Positions 44,549 to 54,296 of a stretch of 64,000 bases of DNA are shown here, one piece after another. The position numbers and the translations under genes were made by a program. Every line of letters begins with the position of its first letter. Positions within the stretch are counted from its first letter, which is position 1. This stretch comes from Schizochytrium sp. TIO01 (taxonomy: Eukaryota > Protista > Bigyra: Labyrinthulomycetes): positions 1,309,270-1,373,269 of the forward strand of contig SMSO01000007.1 in the NCBI GenBank assembly GCA_004764695.1. The letters are read 5' to 3'. The notes under the pieces were generated by a model, which was not told the origin of the DNA, did not search any database, and worked only from the letters and a program-made list of their open reading frames with translations.

Positions 44549-45886
44549 ATGAAGAACCCTTTCAAATCCACAAGGACGCACTCCGAGACTGGGATCACGG
44601 TGCGGTCGTCCATGGACGACACAGAATCGACGGATGCCTTTGATGAAACGAACGTGTCTGGCAAAGTTGCTGATCAGCAACTCAGTGTCAAGGTTGATCC
44701 CTTCAGCGGGAATGAGGTGAAGGAGAGTACCAACCGCGTTCAATGTGCGTCATTTACAGAATGGGCCAAAGTCTTTGCCATGGCAGCGGTCATGGGCCTG
44801 ACTTTTGGCGCTGCCTTTTCCAAAGCTCGTGTCTTCGAGCCAATGGTTGTGCGTGGACAGCTTCTCTTCAAGAGTTTTATCATGCTCAAGATGTTCATGA
44901 GCGCCGTGGGCACATCAACACTGTGCTTTGTCATTATCAACAAAACTAGCGTCAAACCACGTTTCAAGGAGTCTAGAGAAAAACGTTGCACAAGCCGTGG
45001 GCTCGGTACAACAGTTATTGGAGCCTTTATTCTAGGAATCGGGCTTGCTCTGGCTGGCGCTTGTCCTAGCATGGTACCCTCTCAGGTTGGCGCTGCCACT
45101 ACTCATTCTGGGTACACCATCATTGGCGCAATAGTTGGTGCTTTGTTCTTTGAGTTCACAGACCCCATCATCAAACCCGTCATGAATCGTTTCTGTGGAC
45201 CCAAGCTTAAGCTGGAGTACCTTGATCAGTTTTTGGGTATAAGCTATACCATTTGTGGTCTCATGCTTGTATGTTGCGCTTTTGCAGCAGCTGTGCTCTT
45301 CGAAGTCTTCTTTCCTTGGGAAGAAGAACTCTACCGGCCTCTTGAGGATGACTGCTCATTGAAACACTTTTGGAACTGCTATGCTTGGCCCCCTGCTATC
45401 GCCGGAGTCATGGTTGGAATTCTGCAAATTCCAGTCTTTCTTCTTATGAGCAACACACTCGGATCCTCAACAGCGTATGTGGCAGTCTGCAGTGCATGGG
45501 TGTACTTGCTGCCTGCCAATTGGCGTCGGCCGTTTGACTATGCTCGCCGTTTTGCTTTCCCAACACCGGACACGCATTGGCAGCTGTTCTTCGTTCTCTT
45601 TGCAATGTTGGGCTGCTTTTTGACTGAGCTACGACACGGTATGCTAGGCACAGCAGAGAGTTTGTCCATTGCATACTCGATTGTTGGAGGATTCCTGTTC
45701 ATTTTTGGTGCTCGCATGGCGGGCGGGTGCACAGCCGGCCATGGCGTCTCGGGCATGGCTCTACTTTCAATTCACAGTATTGCTGCTGTGGCAGCAATGT
45801 TTGGAGGTGGTATTGCTACTTCATACCTTATTTTTGCAGGTATCACAGAGTCTTTCTACATTGCACCAACGGGATATGTGCACTGA
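44549..45886 (+). CDS. YeeE/YedE sulfur-transport family protein, paralogue 2
   Basis: Colinear with paralogue 1 (RVFEPMV.RGQ, FIMLKMF, AGACPS, CYAWPP, DTHWQL, FGARMAGGCTAGHGVSG). Confidence 0.92.
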   Translation: MKNPFKSTRTHSETGITVRSSMDDTESTDAFDETNVSGKVADQQLSVKVDPFSGNEVKESTNRVQCASFTEWAKVFAMAAVMGLTFGAAFSKARVFEPMVVRGQLLFKSFIMLKMFMSAVGTSTLCFVIINKTSVKPRFKESREKRCTSRGLGTTVIGAFILGIGLALAGACPSMVPSQVGAATTHSGYTIIGAIVGALFFEFTDPIIKPVMNRFCGPKLKLEYLDQFLGISYTICGLMLVCCAFAAAVLFEVFFPWEEELYRPLEDDCSLKHFWNCYAWPPAIAGVMVGILQIPVFLLMSNTLGSSTAYVAVCSAWVYLLPANWRRPFDYARRFAFPTPDTHWQLFFVLFAMLGCFLTELRHGMLGTAESLSIAYSIVGGFLFIFGARMAGGCTAGHGVSGMALLSIHSIAAVAAMFGGGIATSYLIFAGITESFYIAPTGYVH

Positions 45887-48137
45887 GATTAGGGAGCTGA
45901 ATCTACCTTGCGAAACGACAGTGGTTAGTCAGGCGTTGCTATGCTTGCGCACTTATCTTTCACCAGCAGTTTGCCCTCTTGGCATATTCCAGATCATGTT
46001 CCGGAAGCACAGATCCAGAACTTTTACTTTCCTTCCTTTCTCATACAGTCGAAGGTTAATTTATAACACACACCAAAAGAAACAGTGACATTGAAGATAT
46101 GGAGTTTCTGTTTGACTCTGTGTATGTTATATTGTGTGTCTCCTACCTAATGAAATGCAGTGAATATCTGCATTCAATCAACCCCACCTTTCATCTTAAA
46201 TCTATGTGACAATATTAATCTAATTTTCCTTCTTTTTTTTTTCAACGTCACCCTCTTTTGCCGAGCAAAGTTCTGTTTCTAGTTTCCAGAAGCCCCAAAA
46301 GGTAATGAGTAATTCTATCATTCCTATAAAAACAAGCACTTCGAACCACGCCCATTCACCACTCTCCGCTCGTCTAATTTTCTGCTGATCCTAAGCTGTT
46401 TTGATGGTCATTGACTACTCCCCCTGTACCATTGTACCTCCAACCTTCAGAACTCCCATATCAGCTGATCCTAGTACCCTCCATCTCCCGATACACCAAA
46501 CGGTATCTAGGTATGCATCGTCATTTGCTTCATCGCAGCAACTATGGCGCACCACAATCGTGTGGCTGTAGCAGGTACTATTACTCTCACTCGAGCGATC
46601 ACATATTTTGACTTATATATACTTGCTGCAGTTTCTACCCAACTTAAAAAATGATAGGAGTGCACTCTGCGAGTGGAGTGATCGAGGTGGATGCTACCTT
46701 GCAATATACACTGTATAATAAGCTCGTCAGCTCGTGGGTTAGCGAGTTAGTCAGCTATTTATTAAGCGTCTTCGTTTGTTTGTTCGTTCGTCTCCTTCCA
46801 GGCCAGATCTGAAAAGCGTCGGTCAAGCCGTCCTTAAAGTGCCCACGCCGCTCCTGAGCTAGTGCACTGCGGAACTTCATCGGGCTGCATCCTAGTCCTT
46901 GCATTCCTGGCCACCCAAGATGGACCTTAGGCGTTTATCTCATTGTCAGCACGCTCGATTGCAAAGCAGTGCAAACCAAATTAAAACTCCATCGTCGTGG
47001 TGCTCCAAGACTCTTCTCCTGAGCTTGCTTCGTGGTGGCATGCGTTGTTGGGCACTGAGCAAGACAAGTACCTACAGAGGGAGCTGGCAGACTGGCAGCA
47101 GGCTCCAGGTTCCCTCTGCGACATTGATATAGCTCTGCTGAGTAACCAGGTAGGTCCCTACCTAGGTACCTAGGTATGCAAAAGCAAGCGAGAACACCCA
47201 AACCAGTTTGATCGCGCTTTCCGCTCCCAACTAGACTTTGAAGCGCTTTCTCTCCGTGCTGTGCGGGTTCCCGCTGGTCACGCGGTACCCTGCACTACCC
47301 TCCGCTTTCTCACCAGACCCCGTGTCTCTGATACGACAGACTCTATATCTGTGCGTATAATAACCATGGGTCTGGTATTCAAGAATGATCCATTTTGCCG
47401 GGTTCAGATTTGTTTTATTAGTATTATTCAATTATTAAAAGTTCGCGATGAAGACCGCAATTGGATATCAAAGCTGATTGCAGAACTATCCGCTTCACCG
47501 CTTTATAGCTCGAATTGGACTAAATAGTTGCACGCCAGAGCATCAAATTACTGCGAAAGTTGGGACGTCTGGTTTCAAAGGAAGGGCAACATGGATATAT
47601 TGTTGTGGATGCTCTAGCCGGCCAGTTTTTTATCAACGTGGGAAGTTTTTGGCATCTATGTCATACTGAATAAACCCGTCGAGAATGCCGACCTTTGGCT
47701 TTTGCTGCACTGATAGAGCCGCGTCTTCGCTCAGCAAGGCTCCAAGCACGTGGGACCTACGTCACGAAGGCTCAACTTGGAATTAATCACCTTGAACTAC
47801 AGAACAATGGGTCCGTGAACTGCGAAGTAAAATATAAGAAAGAGAAAGATTTTTTTATTTTTTTGATGCGATAGAAGATCTCGACTGAGTGAATAGGAGT
47901 TGGTTAGCTAAAATGGTAGGAGAGGGCTCGTTTTAAAGCAGGGAAAAGATCTTTTTCCCACTTGGACGGAATGTATGTGAATGAAGATATGTAGTAAGGA
48001 CATCACAAACTGCAGCCAAACTCAGTTCGAGACTCGCAGCAAACTCGCAACTCAGCTTGGAGTTTTGGAGAGCTCGCTGCCAGTGCGGAAGAATCGTAGG
48101 AAGGAAAGGGTCAGGTCTGGAAAACCCCACTGCAACC

Positions 48138-49535
48138 ATGTTGGCTGAAAAGGGCGGCGTGGAGGAGAACCTCTCTGTAGAGGATATGCGTAAACTGGTC
48201 TATGAGGCCCTCGACAAGCTGGAGAAGATCAAGAAGCGCGAAAAGGTGCTCATTCTGCCGCCAGATGCCACCAGGTATACCTCGCGTGCTGGTGAGCTGA
48301 CGCAAATTGTATATGACTACTATGGAGACAAAATCACTGATATCATGCCGGCGCTCGGAACGCACAAGCCCATGACGGACGAGCAAATTGAGTCCATGTT
48401 TGGCTCCAAGATCCCGCGGTCGCTCTACCGTGTGCATGATTGGCGCAATGATGTGGTCACCATTGGTGAGGCCCCCCAGGAGCTTGTTGAGCAGGCAAGC
48501 GAGGGTAAGATCAAGGAAAAGTGGCCTGCTCAGCTCAACAAGCTAGTTTGGGAGGGTGGTCACGATTTGATTCTTTCCATCGGCCAAGTTGTACCACATG
48601 AGGTCATGGGTTTTGCAAATTATAACAAGAACCTTTTCGTTGGTGTTGGTGGCCCGGAGGCAATCAACTTGAGCCATTTCATCGGCGCTGTCTATGGTCT
48701 GGAGCGTATGATGGGCCATGCCGACAACCCTCTGCGCAAGGTTCTCGACTACGCCACCGAGCACTTTCTTAAGGGCAAGCTTCCCGTAGTATATCTCCAG
48801 ACTGTTGTGGCGAACGATGACGGAAAGCTGGCCACCCGCGGTCTCTACATTAGTGAAGATCGCGACTGCTTTGAGAAGGCCGCAGCGCTCTCTCTGCGTT
48901 CCAACTTTGTCCTCGTAGACAAACCCCTGAAAAAAGTTGTTGCCTATCTCGACCCCAAGTTCACTACCACATGGCTGGGTGGCAAGGCAATCTATCGTAC
49001 GCGCATGGCCATGGCTGATGGAGGTGAGCTCATTATTCTTGCTCCAGGTGTTGATGCATTTGGCGAAGACGATGAAATCGACAAGCTTATTCGTGACTAT
49101 GGCTACCGTACTACTCCTGAGATCATGAAGTATCTTGAAACAAGCCGCAGCCTGATGAAGAATCTAAGCGCGGCTGCCCACTTGATTCACGCGTCACCGG
49201 AGAACCGTTTCACAATCACTCATTGTCCTGGTCACCTCACACGAGAGGAGATTGAAGGCGTTGGCTACCAATATGGTGATGTTCACGAAATGATGAAGAA
49301 ATACGATATCAATAAGCTCAAGGACGGCTACAACATGGTTGATGGCGAAGAGATTTACTTTGTTAGCAAACCTGCGCTTGGCCTTTGGGGTGTCAAAGAG
49401 CGTTTCACTCACCTGACAGACGGTGCAGCGGCTGAGGACGAGGCCAACGTTGCTGCTGCAGCATCTTCTAGCACGCCAGATGACGAGGAAGAAACCTCAA
49501 CAGCGAAGAAGCAAAAGGTCGATGATGCTGAGTGA
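48138..49535 (+). CDS. larA: LarA-family (lactate racemase domain) nickel-pincer-dependent alpha-hydroxyacid racemase/epimerase homolog
   Basis: PPDATR, ALGTH, HDW, VVPHEVMG...NYNKN, LSH and WLGGKA correspond to the LarA active-site and cofactor residues. First ATG at 48138 in a good context. Confidence 0.85.
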   Translation: MLAEKGGVEENLSVEDMRKLVYEALDKLEKIKKREKVLILPPDATRYTSRAGELTQIVYDYYGDKITDIMPALGTHKPMTDEQIESMFGSKIPRSLYRVHDWRNDVVTIGEAPQELVEQASEGKIKEKWPAQLNKLVWEGGHDLILSIGQVVPHEVMGFANYNKNLFVGVGGPEAINLSHFIGAVYGLERMMGHADNPLRKVLDYATEHFLKGKLPVVYLQTVVANDDGKLATRGLYISEDRDCFEKAAALSLRSNFVLVDKPLKKVVAYLDPKFTTTWLGGKAIYRTRMAMADGGELIILAPGVDAFGEDDEIDKLIRDYGYRTTPEIMKYLETSRSLMKNLSAAAHLIHASPENRFTITHCPGHLTREEIEGVGYQYGDVHEMMKKYDINKLKDGYNMVDGEEIYFVSKPALGLWGVKERFTHLTDGAAAEDEANVAAAASSSTPDDEEETSTAKKQKVDDAE

Positions 49536-50398
49536 TCTTGAGTATAATGGGCCTGTGAATGCTGCCTCTGAGGGTCATACCTCTCATAGTTACTGCTCTT
49601 CTCCAAACAAACTGGAGCCTTCCAACACTTCTCTTTGCCCATGTTTCTATAAGATGAATGTGATCCCATTGTCTTGCACAACCTCCTGAAGTTTCATTAG
49701 TTAGAACCTTCGAAATTATGGGGTGTGGATCCAAGGCTTTATCTTACACGTTTTGACCTTTTGAAGTTTCTCACAAATATATGCAAAATTTATTTTTTTG
49801 TCCTTTTGAATGCCTTGTCTATTTGACTGCGTTGCACAGACAAAACCAGCAATGGTATGCTTGATTGATTCAAATTTGAGACGAGGCAATGCTGAAAATG
49901 TAGAATTCCACACTCTACAGAAAGCTAAAATATGGAAGCCGCGTTTTAAAAGGCTAAATTTCAATACGGGTTGAGATAGTCCATTGGATGGAGGTTTTGA
50001 CCTTCTTATTAATCTTTTACATATGTTTAGTTCGTTTCGTTGGAGAGTGGGCCTGGACTTCTTATAGGGAAAACCATGAAATACACATACCCTGCTTCTG
50101 GTAAATGAGTATCGCAAGCTTAGTGTCAACTTGCTTTATACCGCGCTACAGCGGCATTATATCTCGTTCCAGAGCCCTAACACTTGGCGCATTTGCATGT
50201 TGGTGGGAAGACTCTATCCTCTCCCTTTTAATACTCGCCGGTTATCATTGCTGATAACATATTGGTGTGCCTTAATAAGCTGGAGGGTACCGCTATTATT
50301 TTCTTTTATATTCATAGAAGAAAACAGGTCATCGTAGATAGTACCGAAGCTTTTTGTTTTTTTCGCAACGTCACAACCGGTCTCCATGACGTTTCAAA

Positions 50399-51109
50399 TC
50401 ATTTTTCCTCCTTGATTTCGGACACATTGACAAGGTCCATGTCAAATACTCTCATGAACTCTTTGACGAGTCTCGTCTGCACCTCCATCCTGGTGGGTGT
50501 TACTTTTTCAGACCCCAGCAGCTGCTTTAGGCTTGTTACTGTTAGTCCCGGTTCATCGATCCCACACGGCACAATACGATCAAATTGTGTTAAATCTGTG
50601 CTTACGTTGAACGCAAACCCGTGCGATGTAATCCATCGACTCGCATTAAGTCCAATTGCGCAGACTTTTGCATTTTCTACCCACACGCCAGTGTACTCTT
50701 CCTTACGCGATCCCTCGAGGTCATACGTGGCAAGCGTGGCAATGATAGCTTCTTCGACATTCCGCATGTACCAGTGAAGGTCCTTTTTGTGACGGCGCAG
50801 ATCGAGCACAGGGTAGCCTACAATCTGGCCAGGACCGTGGAAGGTGACTTCGCCTCCGCGGTCCACCCGAACCACCTCGAAGCCACCCTGAGCGACGCCT
50901 GGGAGCACATTGGCCTCGTCTGCAGATCTCCCAAGCGTATACACCGGCTCATGCTCCAGCAGAAACAACTTGTCTCTTGGCATCGTGGTTTTCTCGCGCA
51001 GTGCCGCAAGCTTCGACGACATCGCCGACCGCTGCAGGTCCAATCCAAACCCATACGAGCATCTCCCTGCTACATGGGCCACATCCAAGACACGCCGCGG
51101 AGCCCTCAT
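50399..51109 (-). CDS. lipB: Lipoyl(octanoyl) transferase LipB/LIPT2
   Basis: LEHEPVYTLGR, DRGGEVTFHGPGQIVGYP, GVWV..KVCAIG, HGFAFN, IVPCG. First ATG at 51109; the frame stays open upstream to at least 51220. Confidence 0.93.
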   Translation of the reverse strand: MRAPRRVLDVAHVAGRCSYGFGLDLQRSAMSSKLAALREKTTMPRDKLFLLEHEPVYTLGRSADEANVLPGVAQGGFEVVRVDRGGEVTFHGPGQIVGYPVLDLRRHKKDLHWYMRNVEEAIIATLATYDLEGSRKEEYTGVWVENAKVCAIGLNASRWITSHGFAFNVSTDLTQFDRIVPCGIDEPGLTVTSLKQLLGSEKVTPTRMEVQTRLVKEFMRVFDMDLVNVSEIKEEK

Positions 51110-51879
51110 TATCAGGACAGAAAAGCGAGAACACTTCCCAATCCGCCTCAGACGCCTCACGACGTTACGCGTCTGCCGGTCTCCTCGGGCGCCTCGACTT
51201 GAGCATTTCCTTTTCCTCAAAGCAAGTGCTCCTGACTTTTGACTCTTCCTTTTCTCTTTCCAGTCACTTCAGTTTTCACTCTTCAGTTCACTCTAAGCGA
51301 AGAAGCGAAGCACCAAGACGATCAGCCAAAGTCTGAAGAGCAACTTGGACTTGCGAACGATCAGCAGCTGGACAGCTGGTCACTGGTGGGCGCGTCGAGT
51401 TCTGAGAACCTAGAAGACGCTCTTCGAAGACGCAGGAATAGTCAGGGGCTCACAAACAGCGAAGGAAGGTGAGTTTGTTTGTTGTCTTACCTTGGAGGCA
51501 GAAAAACAGAGGGCCAAGACATAGCTAGCTAGGTAGCTTTGCAGATATCACGCTGTGATAGAAAGCTCGCTGGAGGCAATCGTGGAGGAATTGTGAATGC
51601 TAGGCTCGAGAAGTTGTGATTATGGAGAACTGACCTGGCGTTATTTTCGTGATCAAGAATTCATTCGGCCAATAGGTTTTGAATTGGGGCCGGGTCTACA
51701 GTGCTAGCTAAAGTTGATTGGCCGAGTATCAACGAAGTTTGGTTTAAAATAGAGGAGATTCACTACCGACCATTTTTAGAGCTTGCCTCTAACGCAAGTG
51801 AGTGTTGCTTCAAACTTTTAAAGTCAAGCGGGGAAACGTGAGATCTATTTCTGTATCTTCGCAATAAAGTGCGGGTAAG

Positions 51880-52209
51880 ATGGAATCCGCAAGAGAATTT
51901 ACGCCTTCTAACATAAATAGTCATCGAATTGCGGCACCTTCTAGTCAGCAGGCCTCAAATAGCTATCTTGAAGATAGCATCAAGACGTTGAAGGATTTTG
52001 ACTGGACCGTTCGGATTGTACAAGGTAGCGATGTTGTTGCAAAAATTGTAGAGCCACTTGTCAGTCTCCACTTTACGCTACAAGATCCGACCAAGCCCAC
52101 ACAAGCTCCCTCCATGCGCGTAATAGAGCTGTCGCTCCCTGAGGCAAGGCACTTGCTGCATGAGTTACAGAGTATTGACACCAAGCTCCGCCACGTCTCC
52201 AGTGATTGA
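51880..52209 (+). CDS. COMM-domain protein (COMMD8-like); 5' end may be incomplete
   Basis: LKDFDWTVRIVQGSD....EPLVSLHFTL...IELSLPEARHLLHELQSI fits the COMM domain pattern. The helical N-domain is absent. Upstream GTGAGT donors at 51469 and 51798 suggest extra exons or a UTR intron. Confidence 0.78.
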   Translation: MESAREFTPSNINSHRIAAPSSQQASNSYLEDSIKTLKDFDWTVRIVQGSDVVAKIVEPLVSLHFTLQDPTKPTQAPSMRVIELSLPEARHLLHELQSIDTKLRHVSSD

Positions 52210-54296
52210 ATTTATGTAATGACTATGCATGTAACCATCTTAATCCAAAATCCCCAATCTCTCCAAGCAATGTTGTACTCTGTCAAAACTACAGTCCATC
52301 AAATCCTAGAACTTCGACCTTTGGCAGAGCTGAGCTTATCCCCTCGGCTCTTGTCCAAGCCCGCCTGCAGCTCTATCGCATCACCTCTATTCTGAAAACC
52401 ACATTGGTTTCCTAGTTGACATAGTCCGTTGTCATCCTCGGCGGCAGATTTGTAGTACCACATTTGCGCTTGTCATCTTTTTTCAGCAGCCTGTCGTTTG
52501 ATACCAATCTCGTACGAACCATATCGTGGTTCTAAGTGGAACCCAAAAGGTTGCAAATCCTGCACATCTACACATTCCTCTGCTCCCCAAAACGCATTTG
52601 AGCCAAATCCATGCGCATGGCTAGCTCGCTGCGAGCACGCCCTGCTCGTCGTCTGTAGCCAGGCTGGCCGGCGCCTGCAAGAGATCTGAGGGGAGGTACA
52701 ATGCCGCCACGTGGTGCTCCGAAAGTACTTCAACGCACAACAGTAACCAAAACAGCAGCCAAATGTAATGCACCAAATACGAGCCCCCCTCAGCACTTAT
52801 GCCACAACTGCTTTTTCTTCGCAATTAAGCTTAACTGCCGCCCTCGGAATTATAAAACACGGGTTTTGAGGGCTTTTGTCACGGTCGAAGTTAATAGTGA
52901 ACATTCTCTGCGCAGCTTTGGAGTCCTTTAGTGCGCTCTTATGGCCATCATCGCCGGTTCCAGATAAGTTCCTGCACGGTTCCAGACCTTCAGATTACTT
53001 TCAATCATAGAGATCATTAGGCAATACTGCAGCGCGTGCAAAAGTCCCAAAACACAAGAAGAGCTGCAAGAATGAGAAACCACGCCACGCAGAAGCCCTC
53101 TGCTGCAGACCAGGGGCAGAGGAGACTAAAATTGCTGAAAGCTAGCATGGCTCTGCTTGCAAGGCGCAATTTGCTCAATAGCTTGGAGCTAGTAATGAGC
53201 CAAAAATCACAATGATGTTGCCCACGCACGAAATATCAAATATACATATCATCTTACATGTATTATAGTTTTGCCTAGTTGAGGTGTCTAGTACATTTTG
53301 TACAAAAAACTTTTACAAATTTTGCGCACTTTTTCATTTTCCTTTCCTTCAGATTATAGTCCTGTAGAAGTTGAAGTTTGGAATCAGATCGTGGTTTGCT
53401 TCGCTCAGCAAGATATCTCTGACCCGTAGCAAGCTCCAGAGCTGATTCTCTCGGCACCCGAGTGGTCGGTGTGGGAGCTGCTTGAGGTTTCTACCTCTTC
53501 ACACGTGGTGTGCAGTTGGTTCTTTTGTTCGTTCTTTTCGTCACTTTGGCGGAGCCCATCGGCAATCTCGAGGTCTCTTGGGCAGACCATCGAAAGGGAA
53601 CAAGCCACCAACACGTCTGCGTCAAACGTGGTGCTTCTAAGAGCATCCAAACAAGCCCTGACGCTGTGTGGGTCCATCGTGGCCTTTCTGACTCTAAAGG
53701 GGCTCCACGTAGGCGTTCCTGAAAGTACGCCGCCAGCTCCGGCGAGCGAGGGACCTTCGTGTGTAATCGCTGCCGCAAAGGCTCTTCTTCTTAGGGAGCA
53801 CAAAAGGCGTGCACGTGCAGAGGTCAAGACCACCTTCATAACTGCAACTCCTGAAGTTGATCTTTGCTCAAGACCCATTACGTTTGGTTTGTAGCTGGTG
53901 GACTTGCAGAGCACGCTCGAGGTAGTGGTTGTTGATCCTTACCTTCTGCTATCAGTATTGTTGGCTGTGTATTAAAGGGTAGGGAGCAGAAACCTGATCA
54001 CAAGGATACATAGATCACGAGCGTTATTTGTTGAGAAAATTGTCCTCGGGTAGCGAAGTTTCTGATTTTGTCATTGTGATTGTACTTAGAGTTGTTGCAA
54101 GCTAATAGTGAAGCAGACTGGGGACCAGGTTCTCATCCGAGTTGGCTTTTCTGCATGGAAAAACTCCCAAACTCCGGAGGTATTCAACAGCAATACGAAA
54201 GATTGAAGTGATATAAAAAGCACGGGCTTTACAGTAGACATCAATTGTGCTTTGAGATACGCTGGAGTGGAGACGGAATTCCTTGTGCAGACGTGA

